A stretch of DNA of 64,000 nucleotides from Octopus vulgaris (GCA_951406725.2 OX597820.1:49228001-49292000), one strand, 5' to 3'. Positions 1-13,612 are shown, counted from the first letter of the stretch. Notes: generated from the letters alone by a model not told the origin. A program made the numbers and translations.

Positions 1-1189
1 GGAGGAGAAGACGGTGGTACTTAGAACGTATTCTAAAGTTCTTAATTCCATCACCGTCTTCCCAAAACAAGTCATAAAAAATGAACTTAAAGAACATTTG
101 TCCTCTGTAAAATATATATCCCGTGGTGTCAAACATGCAACCGTATGGTTGCTGTTTGACACGGGGAAAAGGCTCGCCAGTTTGCGAGTCAGCCTTTAGA
201 AGGCAAGGAAATTCTGTTTCTCCCGTCATATTGTGGAAGAAAATTAATACGAGCCAGGGTATGTGGGCTCCCCCGGGCACCGAAGCGGATTGGATTGAAG
301 ATACCATCCGACAGGGACTGGGGGATGGCGGGCCCAGGCTCTTAAATGTAAGGTATTGCCGGCGGTCGATTGGGAAGGGTCAAAAGCGATTTTGACCCTG
401 TGGACCCCATCGGCCGCAACAGAACTGGTTTTTCCAGATTTCTTGAAAATGGCTGGCTGCAGGTATCCGGTGATACTTGAGGGACGTCCCCCAAAGTGTC
501 ACTCGTGCCTGCAGCCAGGCCACATTAAAAGGAACTGCCCCCAGGACCATGGTAAGGTCCTGGAACAGTCACTAGATGCCACCTCCCCTACCCGGTCAAA
601 GGGAGAGGTGGATGTGGTCGAGGAGGCTTCAGCCTCCTCAACTCAAAAAAGGATTAAAAAGGAAGAAGGCGGGCAACAATAGTTGCCCGCCGAAGGAACC
701 TAAGGCTTCGGGAAGGCGGGGGAGAGTCTCCGGACAAAGCGGAAGAGCTCCACTCTCCCGAAGCCAGGAAGAAAAGAAAAAAAGAAGGAAGAAGAACGGG
801 TCATCTCAGCGGGGAGATGATGTGCCGACTGCATGTCCCGAAGTTGTGCCACCCACGGTGGAAGAAACCACCCCCACCCTTAAAGATGATCAATTAATTA
901 TCTTTTTCTACAAGGGCGGGGAGGTGGAAAAAATAGTAGAAGAACATAAAGAAACAGTAGATATGCCCTTCACACGGGATCCCGAATGGCCTCCGCAGAT
1001 AGCTGTGGAGGTCATAAGGTTTCCTTGTGGAAAGGCTTAAAGGATTTGGGGAGGTGTCGCATATGGCCGGGTGGCCCTTACACGACTTACATGTCCTACA
1101 TGAGTGAGACATGGGAAATGGCGGGATACAGGAACTCAAGCGGCATTGAAGATAATGATGAATATATCGATGGATATATCGAAGAGTAG
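1..1189 (+). pseudogene. Frameshifted gag/ORF1-like gene of a non-LTR retroelement (L1/Tx1-type ORF1 with CCHC zinc knuckle), 5' end cut by the window
   Basis: Overlapping + ORFs 14-199, 123-395, 356-682, 576-1040 and 986-1189 form a GC-richer coding-like block. ORF 356-682 has YPVILEGRPPK-CHSCLQPGHIKRNC-P (CX2CX4HX4C) followed by a K/E-rich tail. No RT ORF follows. Confidence 0.7.
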
Positions 1190-1516
1190 GAGGTGAAAGA
1201 CCCTCGTTACAGGGTTTGAAACCTCACCTTATTGGATTATTTTGTAGTGGTTTATAACCTCAATTGTGTGCTTTAAGAAAGAAAAAAAAAGAAAACATGT
1301 TAAGTAAGAGGTTTTAGTGCCTCTTCTTGTAAGAGGTTTTGAAACATCATATTGATTTAAAAAAAAAAAAAGAAAATATGTTTTCGAGAATAAAAACAAT
1401 CGGCGGGTGTTGGGTTTCGTCTCTCTTTTATTCATTATATTTCATTTTCATTCATTAATGTATTTGTCCAGCCCGCAAAGCTCTTTGTACTGTCTATATT
1501 AAAAATTTATGAAATA

Positions 1517-1975
<459 letters not shown>

Positions 1976-2283
1976 TTACTTACAGAAAGTTCATGATAGA
2001 TACATACTTAAATTTTGTACGTGTGTGCGTATCTGAGTATGTTTGTGTGTATGTATGTGTGTTATTGTGTGTGTATGTTTGCGCGTGTCGTGCGTGCATC
2101 TGTCTGTGTTTGTGTGTGTGTATTTCACTGAATATGATCTGTCCCCATGAAATGTGTGACACAATTAAATGAAAGTCAACCTGAATTTCCCACGTTTAAA
2201 TATACCCGATCTGCACAACTTGTGTGTGTATGTGTGCGTGCGTGTATGTATGTATGTGCGTGTGTGTACGTATGCGTGCGCGC

Positions 2284-2336
<53 letters not shown>

Positions 2337-2459
2337 TGTGTCGGTTTCTGTTTAATATTAATATTTGCACGTTTTATAGATTATGTTAATGAAAGACGAA
2401 GTCGATGCCAACGACACAACGACTGCGACGATGACAAGAATGGCGACAACGACTATGTC

Positions 2460-3133
2460 AACGATGACGACGACGATGATGATGATGATGATGATGATGA
2501 TGATAAAGGTGAGTCTAATGGCTGTGACGTTTCTGGTGTGAACTTGTTGCGTCGGAAAGCAATATGGAAATCAGTACCACGACATAACATAGGATGTAAT
2601 GTCAACGTAGATTAAACTTAATTAAGCAAGAAATATGTGCCGAAAATAGGAGGAAGATACGAGAAAATAATGCCAAGTGGATCTGTCAGTAGATATGTAC
2701 GAGTTTCTACATGCAATGAATCAATGTCTAGCGAGATATTTGTAGCTTTCTTAGTTTTATTCTCCTTTTTAATTTGTGTTATTTTCAGAAGGGGTGGGTT
2801 TACGTAGCAGGATTGATGTGTTGTGTAAGCTTCGACTAGAACAAGTTGTAGACGAGACGGTGAATGATAAACCGACTAAAGAAAAACGAGTAGAAGAAAA
2901 AGAAGAAAAGAAGAAGAAGAAGAAGAAGAAGAAGAAGAAGAAGGAGAGGAGGAGGAGGGGGAGGGGGAGGGGAAAGGGAATGAGAACTGGATAGAAGAAA
3001 AAGTAGTAACGGTATCAGTAGTCTTCTGATCATCATCATCATCATCATCATCGTCATCATGGTTCACATCATCGTCTTCGTCATCATCACCATCGTTAGT
3101 GGTAGCGGTAGGATCCGCATTTGTAGTAGTAGT

Positions 3134-3164
<31 letters not shown>

Positions 3165-3192
3165 TTAGTAGTAGTAACAGTAGTAGTAGTAT

Positions 3193-3224
<32 letters not shown>

Positions 3225-3330
3225 ACAGTAGTAGTGCAAGTAGTAGTATTAGTAGCAGCAACGGGAGTAGTAGTAGTAGTAGTAGTAGTAGCAGTAGCTG
3301 TTGTTGTTGCTGTTGTTGTTATATTTGTCG
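2460..3330. repeat. Compound trinucleotide microsatellites (GAT, GAA, GAG, CAT, GTA, GCA, GTT)n
   Basis: Directly visible; accounts for the poly-D/K/S/T/V ORFs. Confidence 0.95.
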
Positions 3331-3449
3331 TCGTCTTATCTTCCAATTTCTTTCTCTGAGTTATTTATGTGTATGTGTGAGTACTCTACAACACTTAGCA
3401 ATGCTGCTATTTTCTCTTTTATGTGTAGTTGTTTAAATCCTGGAGTTTT

Positions 3450-4400
3450 TGGCTCTATATTTATTTACATACGTTTTAATCATTGCCAAGGCTCCTGTTT
3501 TTCAGTAGATGTATTTTTATTTTCCAGTCTTCACATTTGGGTTATCTCTATTTCCAGATCTATATACCGTACTATTTTTGTCATTGCCTTTTATTAGTAT
3601 GCTGTCTCCGGTTGTAATTCGGCGACATTTGTTTTTATAGCTGTCTTCGGTTAAATATCTCATCGATAAGCCTTAGTCTTCCTGTCGCTGTAAATTCTTG
3701 GTGTATTTTATTCATTTAACTTATTCCCAACTTTCTGTCATATTCAGAATATCCATCTTTATTATTTTCTAAAGATTGTTTCATATTTCGTTTTATTCAC
3801 ATTTACGTTTATGTTGCTTTGGTTTCAAATTTTCTTTTCCGGTGTTCTCTTGTGCTATGATATTATTTTAATGTTTCTGTCTCGTCTTTTATTTTGCTTG
3901 CTTTGGGTCTGCCTTTTGTGATTTTAATTCTCAAGATTGTGAACTTGATGGATTTTATGTTGTCTCATATTTCTTTTTTTTTTTTAACATATATTTATTT
4001 AATCTTTGGTTTTATTTCTTGCTTTGTTCTGTATTCTTTTCCATAGTCTATTACTAATCTGATATTTTTTGGTTTTGAGCGCATATAATTTTACATATCC
4101 TTGACTGATGGGGTTTCTAGTTACTTTTAGATCCGGGTTATTTTCTCGTTAGATATTATGCATGCATTTCGTGGTAACTTCATTTCTTATGTAGATTATA
4201 CTATCATATATTTCAGGGGTATCCAAAAGTATTCACCAGTCTCAAATTATATTCTTTGTACCTTATTTGCTGTTCGTCAAGAATCCTATCTTTTTTTTTC
4301 AATTGTTTTCCTATTTATCAAGTTCCAGCTATTTATTCTGGTGACATGTTGCTTGCAAGTCCCACCTTTGTAGTTTAACTCAGGAAATTCGAAGTAATGT
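3450..4400 (-). mobile_element. Highly degenerate LINE-like remnant (possibly R4/Dong-type RT region)
   Basis: Minus strand is A-rich and coding-like with only faint motif remnants (ETGEY...GYP near 4210-4240, KCR... near 3620). No intact frame. Confidence 0.25.
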
Positions 4401-4493
4401 CTCCGGTTTTAATTAAGGATCGAATGACGCATGTTTCAATATTTTTTTTCTTTTATCATTTTAATTTTATTTGGTAATATTTGCTGCATGTGA

Positions 4494-4725
4494 AGGCAGC
4501 GTTAAGACAGAATGTTAAAGCAGAATCGTTAGCACTCCGGGTGAAATGCTTAGTGATATTTCGTCTGTTGCTACGTTCTGAGTTCAAATTCCGCCGATGT
4601 CGACGTTGCATTTCATCAACTCGCGTTCGATAAATTAAGTACCAGAGAAACACTGGGGTCGATGTAATCGACTAATTCCCTCCCGCCAAATTTCAAGCCT
4701 TGTACCTTTAGTAGAAAGCCTTATT
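4494..4725 (+). mobile_element. tRNA-derived SINE, family B (Meta/MESC-like central domain)
   Basis: gcagaatcgttagcac...gagttcaaattccgccga...tttcatc...tcgataaattaagtaccag...ctggggtcgatgtaatcgac; matches copies at 8986, 49875, 51014, 53748 and 58166. Confidence 0.85.
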
Positions 4726-5604
4726 TATTACATGTAAAATATATCTTCCAAGCCATGTTTTGTTTTGTGTTACGTTTGTGAGATTTCTGACCCCGTGGTT
4801 GCGAGTCAGTCATTTTTGCAAACATTTTCAGTACATTATTTATGTGTAGCAAAAAGCAATAATGTTTTACAAATAAATTTATTGATTTGTTACAACTTTC
4901 ACATAATTACTTTCGATTTTCTTCATTGTAATTTCCTCAATATTAACAGTTATTTATGGAGAAAACAAATACTTTTCTATGATTATTAATTACCAACTCA
5001 TAGTTATGCAATAGTAGTTGATATTTTTGCAGTAGTATTAGCATCAGCAACGGCAGCAGTAGCAGCAGCAGTAGCAGCACAAGTAGCTATAACTGGAGTT
5101 GTATAAAGATGAGACAGAATATCTGAAATGAAAAGAAACAATAAAAAGCAGGGTATAAAGAAGAAATCCATATTTAAAAAAAGCAATTACAACGGATATA
5201 AAAGGAAAACAACTACAGCAGAAACACAAATGCTATAACATCAACGCCACGGAATATTAATAAAGATATAGATAATATATTTACATCACTGTAACATACA
5301 TTTGTTCGTTTGCTGTGACAATTGTAATGTAACATCTAGATGTGTGACATTAACTGTGTTGCGTGATGCTTGACGGTGTCACAACCTCTACTTATTTACC
5401 TGAATGTCCAGGTTTATATACAAGGATAATTACTGCTTTGAAATTATTTTCAATCGTAGATACATCTCTTATTCATCATATATTCAAAACAAAATTTCTA
5501 AGGAACTGTTCTAAAGAGAACGAAATATTTTCAAACTTCATTCTATAATCTCCGAGTAAAATTTATCCGAAATTTTTTATTTGTCGCTTATCTTCTTTAA
5601 TCTT

Positions 5605-6045
5605 TAATCTTTTACTTGTTTCGGTCATTAGTTTGCGGCCATGCTGGAGCACCGCCTTGAAGAATTCTAGTCGGAGAAACCGAATCCAGTACTTCTTTTT
5701 TAACCCTAGTATTTATTCTGTCCGTCGTTTTCTGCCGAAAGACTAATTTACGGGGACGCAAACACAGCAACACCGGTTGTCTAGGGGTGGATGGGACTAA
5801 CACAAATGCACACACGCGTATATGTATATGTATGTATGTATATACGTGTGTGTGTGTTTGTGTGCCTGTGTTTGTATACGTATATATGAGGGATTTCTAT
5901 CAATTTCTGTCTACCAAGTTCACTGAAAAGGCTTATGTTGGCCCTAGGCTATAGTAGAAGACACTAGCCCTAAGGTACCACGCAGTGGATCTGAACCCGG
6001 ATCCATGAGGTTAAGAAACAAGCTTCTTACCATACAACCACGCGT
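5605..6045 (-). mobile_element. SINE family A
   Basis: Reverse-complement homology to 1517-1975 (gcggccatgctggagcaccgcc; ggctatagtagaagacac; ctgaacccgg). Confidence 0.85.
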
Positions 6046-7134
6046 GATAAAAGGCATTAAGTAAGATCAACTACACAATTTTAGTAAATTTCAGCCACGA
6101 AACTTGTCTTTCCAAAACACTACTTCGAAAATTTGTGTGATGTACAGATTCAAAATTTTCTTTTCAGTATAAAATTCTGAAAATTAATGCGTAAGAATTT
6201 AAAGTATAAGAGGAACTATTATATACAATATTATTCAGGATATGTAAGATATACATATATTTAGTATACTAGTGTATATTTGTGCATTGCATAGCTTTTC
6301 GTCTAGAGATTTACGTGTGCATTCCTCAAGTTTTCAATAAAACGAAAACGATATTAAGACCGATTTGGGAATTGTTTATATTTTCCACTTCTTGAAGCCG
6401 TTCTGCTAGGGAATTAATGCTTTGATCTATGTAGGAATTGTTCCACGCATATATATTCCTACTTCGTTTCATGCAAATAGAAATTCCAAGACAACGTATA
6501 TTTGATATGTCAGTGTTTAACATGTGATAACAAACATCTGGACTACTTCTCCGAATGCATTTGCAATCTAGGATAAGCCATTTTGGACTGCTTTAATTCT
6601 TTTGCTTGCCTTCGTCAATATTTTGATGGCAAAATGTCATGCAGTACAGTATATCCGTCAGTATTCTCATGATAACTATCTCTGCTGATGACCACATTCG
6701 TCCTGCAACCGACAACGGCTGTTGCAGAAAATTCCACGAATCAACAATGAAGAGGCAGAGATCGAATATGTGTCGAACATTTGGTTGTAGTATGCACATA
6801 TCGACAGGATCATGCAGATGTTACTGCTGCTGCTGTACGCAGAGATTTTATATTCGATGACTATTATCATCTGGTAGCACTGTTGCCCCAAGCACTTTTC
6901 TCAGTTGTCTATAATCGCAAACACAAACGATCCATAGAAAATTGTAATGTTTTGTACTCATTAACGCCAAGAACATTCTCAAGGCCACGGGAGCTAATAT
7001 CAACCGCCAACACTTTTTATCAGGTATTGCAAAACTAGAAAAGTAGTGTAATTGCAAAGTTGAAGTACGTTCAAAAATGGTTCTCGTCCCTTGAATTAAA
7101 ACATACATACCTAGATATGTGTGTGCGCGCGCAT

Positions 7135-7205
<71 letters not shown>

Positions 7206-7339
7206 CATGGGTGTGTATGTATATCTATATTTTCGATTTATGCATATATCGACTGATTTTCAACATAGATATGCATACGAAATTTATACTTCTCTCCGTA
7301 ATTCTCTCTTTCTTCTGTCTCTCTTTCTTCTGTCTCTCT

Positions 7340-7400
<61 letters not shown>

Positions 7401-8202
7401 CATATGCTTACAGCCATACTGTGGGACTACGGTGAATAGATTGAGACGAAATTGTAAAACAAATACAAAATATATAAGTTTCGATACCTTCACAGTCTTG
7501 CATACATATACACTAAGACACAGAAAGATATATGCATTAATATTTTAATATATGTGTTGCTATGCATTGTTATTAGTTTAGCTGCCCTAACTTCTTAATA
7601 TGGAACCATATGTTCAGATATACGTATATACTACATTCTATATGTTATGTAATTTAACTCCGAAAAATTGCTACGGAATTTTAATTTACCGATATGTAGG
7701 AAATCCTTGCATGAATGATAATGTAATATCTATGAATCACTTCGGATGTATTCATATGTATATTCTTTTGTTCGTTAATGCATTTCAGGCGAAAGGCTGT
7801 GGCCATGCCAAAGTACTGCATATATGTATTTATGTGAATTTGAATTTGAGGTGTATATACATACATATGTGGCTGCTCACATATATGTAAATAACTATAT
7901 TAAAAGTATTAATATTGGATGTTTGTATATTTATATATACATATTCATTTATTCTTTTATTTGCTTCAAGCCTTGCGGTTTCAGTCATGGTGGAGCGCAA
8001 CTGTGCTCTTAAATATCTCTACATGATTCGCCAGATCTGGTCAACATGAAAGTACTAATAAGGTACCTTCTCGGATTCCATATCCCTGTTCTTTACGTTT
8101 TTACATACATACATACATACATGCATACATACATACATACATACATACATACATACGTACGTACATACATACATACATACACACATACATACATACATGC
8201 AT

Positions 8203-8249
<47 letters not shown>

Positions 8250-8250
<1 letters not shown>

Positions 8251-8395
8251 GCATACATGGGTACAGGACGTCACCAACTCTGTAAAAAACATGTAATATG
8301 GCAATAAACGAGAGACAAACATGGAAAACAGGACAAGTAAACGCAGAGCAACGACCCTTCATGAGTTGTCAGATGTCTTTCTGCTCCTCATTTAC
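8250..8395. mobile_element. Terminal fragment of a (TA)n-associated repeat family (probable Penelope pLTR)
   Basis: Starts gcatacatgggtacaggacgtcac and contains acccttcatgagttgtc, like the copies at 23229 and 38267. Confidence 0.55.
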
Positions 8396-8433
<38 letters not shown>

Positions 8434-8619
8434 TGGAGAGAGAGAGAGACAGACAGACAGATAGACCGACAGACAATCAGACAGACAGACAAGCAGAGGG
8501 AAAGGGAGAGGCGGAGAAAGAGAGAGTCAAGCATACGCAACGTGATCGGATGGAATTTGACTGTTTCTATGTATTTTTCTTTTTTAGTTTCAAATACAGC
8601 TTGTATTGGTGAACAGTCA

Positions 8620-9585
8620 ATAGCGTTGGGAAAGGTAAAGATTAAATTTGTAGTTGAGAACAAGTTGGCATGCAGTACTGGAGCCATCTGGGCATAGGAA
8701 AAGTGCTACTTGTATCATGTTTTGCTGCGCAATGCTGTGTGAACTGCATATGGGCTGAAAGACATGACATGGACAGCAGCAACGAAGACTATGAAACTGT
8801 GATTAGAAAGAAGGGACAGAGCAGGGGTTCTGACTGCGGGCTTGATCCCTGCATACCTTAACCGGGCCTTAGGCTCTGTCCTGATTACTATGTGAAACTA
8901 TTAGAGACTGTGAACAACCCTTGGCTGTAGATGGTTGCTGATAGAAGCTAATTTGTGAGACGACTATATTTGACTCCTAGCTAAGTCGGCGAGCTGGCAG
9001 CAACGTTACTACGCTAAAGGAAATGCTAAGCGGTATTTCGCCTGTTCTGAGTTCAAATTCCGCCGAGGTCCACTTTGCAATTCATCCTTTCTGGGTCAAT
9101 AAATTAAATACCATTTGTGTTCTGGAGTCGATCTAATCTACTGGTCCTCTCCTGTCAAATTTCGGGCCTTGTGCCTCGAGTAGAAAAGAATATTTGACTC
9201 CTTGTCATACCTCTAGAAAGGCTAGAATTTGTTTCTACGGTATCACTTTCCGCTATTTGTAGCCATCCAATTGTAACTATATAGATTACAACATGTGGAA
9301 CGCGGCTGAGAAAGATGTCAAACACATTGCCTGTAATAGCCAGGACGAACTGGTGACCAACACAAAGGAATTGCTTGTCGAACTAGCAAGGCGCGTGGCG
9401 CGGAGCGCATGCGTCAGTTTGCGGAGCTGTCTTCAGCTGAGGGAGGTAACTTTGAGTAAACTGTTATCTCCTGGCCAAAATTCAATTGATTTTAAGGTTT
9501 TAAAATACTGTTACTTTTGGATGAGATATTATTTGTTCCTTTATGCAAAATGTCAAATTTAACCATAAATCTTTGAGTGCAATTA
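8620..9585 (+). mobile_element. Degenerate Tc1/mariner-superfamily (DD37D/maT-like) transposon interrupted by a SINE
   Basis: Remnants CNYIDYNMWNAAEKDVK (cf. SPDLNPLDY.VW), similar to the 51.5-52 kb and 42.4-43.6 kb remnants; split by the SINE at 8979-9189. Confidence 0.5.
8979..9189 (+). mobile_element. SINE family B with 13-bp target-site duplication
   Basis: ggcgagctggcag...gagttcaaattcgccgagg...; flanked by identical atatttgactcct at 8966-8978 and 9190-9202. Confidence 0.9.
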
Positions 9586-9880
9586 TATATAAATACCCCC
9601 ACACATGCATGCTCGCGTACAAATACACACACATACACACACAAACACACACACATATACATACACATATATATGTATAAATAACATTCACAAGCATTCG
9701 AACATATATTTATATATATTTTAAGCTTCAGATCTTCATTCGCCTCTCTGATCTGAAGAAGAATTACCTTGCCATGACACTGAGGGACTTACATTTAAAA
9801 TGCGATTTATTCCACTCTACTTACAGTTTACCTTTCTTCCGTTCGAAAGCATTAGATGCCTGTGTCACATTACAATCAGT

Positions 9881-9881
<1 letters not shown>

Positions 9882-9934
<53 letters not shown>

Positions 9935-10080
9935 TACATACATACATACATACATACATACATACATACATACATACATACATACATACATACATACATA
10001 CATACATACATACATACATACATACATACATACATACATACATACATACATACATACATACATACACACACACATACACA
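9882..10080. repeat. (CA)n + (ATAC)n microsatellite
   Basis: Directly visible. Similar (ATAC)n tracts occur at 8103-8200, 36405-36520 and 52180-52300. Confidence 0.95.
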
Positions 10081-10549
10081 TACCTGCAGGCCCACATATA
10101 TACACCGATGAATAAATACATACATTCTTTCATACAAACGTACGAAAGGATGAAAGAAAAGGGGGACCACAGGAGAATGTGAAGAAATGTCTGGTGTAGT
10201 AAGGTTTCTGGCAAGTGGTCGCCTGATAGTTGAGATGAATAATGATTACATTTTACTTGACAAGAACTTCAGGCACGTAACCTACCTGAAAGTGTTGTTT
10301 ACTCAGAGACGAAACTCAGAGTAACAATAGAATGACTATCCCTGATTAAAAGACATTATCTATCTAGCTAGCTAGCTATCTATCAAGCTAGCTAGCTCTA
10401 TATATACAGGTTTGTGTGAGTTTGTGCATTGATGTTCGTATGTATGCATGCATGTATGTTTTCATGATATCTTCAGAATGTTCACCAAGAAACTTTCAGA
10501 ACAACCACAGACACGGGCAAAGTATACAAAGCAAGAACCATATTAGAGA

Positions 10550-10810
10550 CGGTCAACGCACCATAGTCTTTGGAATAAATACTTAAATGAGAAACTTTAC
10601 GGTACAAAACATAAAAACGTCGACGAAATTAGGGTAATCACAGAATGACAATGAGCACAAAAACACACAAAATATTTCTTGACCATTGCGACTCCATTTG
10701 CGCTGCGTTATCAGCATTGCCTACAACACTTTGGCCATCAGTTTGAAAAGAGTTGTTCATAAGGTATTAATTCGGACTAGATCCTATTAACTTTTGGAAA
10801 TGAGATATAT
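10550..10810 (+). mobile_element. 3' remnant of a Tc1-like transposase
   Basis: Broken translation ...LWNKYLNEKLYGTKHKTSTKL...FALRYQHCLQHFGHQFEK resembles the Tc1/DD37D C-terminus (FLWGYLKSKVY...R.Q.C....G.HFE). Confidence 0.5.
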
Positions 10811-11315
10811 ACACTGACTGTGATTATGAGCACTAACTTCATAGTCTTTCAATGGGAACCGCAAGAAAATACGTGCGCTGACAGTGAGTGAAGATAAGCC
10901 TTCCGGTGTTTGAGTCTCTGGACAGTGTTTCAATCAAGAACTGATGAGGTAATTACAATGAAATGTGACTAGGACGGTTTTCCTGCCCCAATGTGCTTTC
11001 GAATATACATCTAAGTGTGACGTTGCTGGGTATCACCTTTCAGTATGTTGCAAACGCTGATTTAATAATTGAAAGCGGAGTCAAATTCTTTGTTACCCAG
11101 AACCTGAGCAGTCAATGGAAGTGTGAATGCACGCGATCATGTGGGCGAGTGTACGTCTGCGTGTGTGAGTGTATGTTACTTTGCGTGATTAAAGGTAAGT
11201 GGTGAGTGTACGTAAACTGTGTGTCTGTGCGTTGCGTAAATATTCTTATATATGTAATAAATAATTGCATATATGTAAATGCTTGTACGTATGTATGTAC
11301 ACTCAAACACACACA

Positions 11316-11424
<109 letters not shown>

Positions 11425-11429
11425 TTCCT

Positions 11430-12008
11430 TTTATACTTTTACATGTTTCAGTGGAACAAATCCATTCCAGAACGTATTCTATCAGATTCTTTTTTGCTGG
11501 GGCTGCCTGCTGGAGCCTAGCGACAGGTATTTAATTGGAAAAATTTGACAAGTTAGTCAGTCACCGACTGACACTCGCTGGCGATACGTCGAAGAGGCCA
11601 GGGAAGAGAGAAAGAAGAAGAAAGAAGACGTGCACCCAACACCAGAGCTGAAGATACCTCCGAAGGGGCCTCGCCACGTCAAAACGGGGCCGAAATAGGA
11701 CGTGATTCCTCCTGATGAGGTCTTGAGCTAACTGGATCCTACAAAGGAGCTGCTGTGGTAGCAGACCACGAAACACGGTTGTAATTCTTCCTGAGGTCGT
11801 AAACAAACCAGCATCCGTTGTCAAACGATGGTGTAGGACCAACCCAGACACATACGCACACACATACAAAAATATTTATAAACGATGGGCTTCTTTCAGT
11901 TTCTGTCTAACAAATCCACTCAAAAGGCTTTGGTCGATCCCAGGCTACTGTAGAACCCTGATCTATATGCTTGGGAAGCAAGCCTCTTACCACATACCCA
12001 CATAGCCA

Positions 12009-12010
<2 letters not shown>
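11430..12010 (-). mobile_element. SINE family A, split by a ~300-bp GC-rich insert (11500-11797)
   Basis: Tail remnant at 11430-11498. Homology resumes at cgtaaacaaaccagcatccgttgtcaa (11798) and runs to caagcctcttaccacat...cagccatg. Confidence 0.75.
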
Positions 12011-12048
<38 letters not shown>

Positions 12049-12520
12049 TGTCGCCCATCCATATGTATATGCGTGCGCATGTAAATACAAATGCACATGC
12101 ACACACACACACATACATACACACACAAACATTCACACACACACACACTCATTCATACTCTCGTACTTACATACAGGCTCATTCTGTGTTTTAATATACC
12201 ATGCAACTTGATATATTTATATAAAATTTGTGAAAGATATAAATGTACTTTTCATTTTATTTAGACAAAACAACTGACACGACAAGAAAATATAATCTTC
12301 CAGTTTCCAGTGTATGCATGAATGCCTTGGTAATATTCTTGAGAATAACTTCCCAAATATGTTTCCATTTGTTTTAACATTGAGGACAGTGCTTAAATAT
12401 TTGGCTGACATGTTTATATAAGTAGTGAATGTACGTATAAATAAATGTGTATAGTGCATATATGTAAATACTTCCCTGAAGATTTCAGTGTGTGTATGTG
12501 TGCGTGAAATAAATATTTGA

Positions 12521-12576
<56 letters not shown>

Positions 12577-13099
12577 GTATGTATGTATGTATGTATTTAT
12601 GTATGTATGTATGTATTATGTATGTAAATTTTTTTTTATATATACTTCTATCTAAAAATACCAATATATATATATATGTGTGTGTGTATATCGTGTGTAT
12701 ATTTGTAAGAGCATCTATTGATGCAAATTTATATTTAATTATGTGTGTATGTGTATTAGATAGTGTTCTACATGAATATGCATTGCTGAAAGCACTCTTT
12801 CCCATACCTGAATTCATATATGCTTGTATGCAAACATATTTATACAGACATATAATACTGCCTCATTTTATCTTAAGTGTGTCAAAAAGTTTGTAATATA
12901 AATTCATATTGTCATAGACACATATTTCAGTATATAGTTAAATTTATTAATATGAATGGTTTCAATGTTTTGAAATAATTATATTTGTATAATTATGCGC
13001 CTGTTTTTACTCTCAGATATGTATGTGTGTCTTTAAACACACATGTACACACACACGAGGATATATATGCACACACACACGAGGATATATATGCATATA

Positions 13100-13612
13100 T
13101 GTATATGTAAGTGTGAGTATTTGTTCCAATGTGCACGCACACCTGCAAATGCGCAAGCATAAAGTTGATTTGTAGTAGTTAATTTGGTGAAGATGGATTA
13201 TAGATTTTAAGTAAAGTATAAATACTTTTATTTATTTTTCGTGAGAGTTATTAAACGAGTGATTAACACTCACACTGGTTACATTTCAGTTCTTCATTCT
13301 TTATCAATTAGTTAGCTATTTGACGAGGTTAGCTTCAGGATACTGAAATGAAATTGATATGTATATGTATATGTGAGTGCGTGTGCGTATGTTCGCATGT
13401 ATCGCACACCTGCAAATACGCAAGCATAAAGCAGGTAAGTAAGTGAACATAGTTTATCGATTTTATGTAAAGTATAATTATTTTATTGAGTTCTCGTGAG
13501 AGTTATTAAACCAGTGATAAACACGCGTCCTGGTTACATTTCAATTGATGCTTCTTTATCAATTGGTTAGCTATTCATCGAGATTAGCTTCAGGATACTG
13601 AAATGAAATGGA
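13100..13612. repeat. Diverged tandem duplication, ~260-bp unit x2
   Basis: gcacacctgcaaat at 13137 and 13404; both units end ttagcttcaggatactgaaatgaaa. Confidence 0.9.

Noticed and set aside
6326-7040. Coding-looking unique stretch (ORFs 6326-6523, 6593-6799, 6639-6860)
   Set aside because: Stops in all frames and no motif I can identify. Probably an old TE fragment, but it cannot be assigned without a search.
10935-10975. ctgatgaggtaattacaatgaaatgtgac as a hammerhead
   Set aside because: No convincing stem I or stem III; CTGATGA occurs by chance at this window size. The same applies to 39845-39866, 58546-58588 and 61846-61875.
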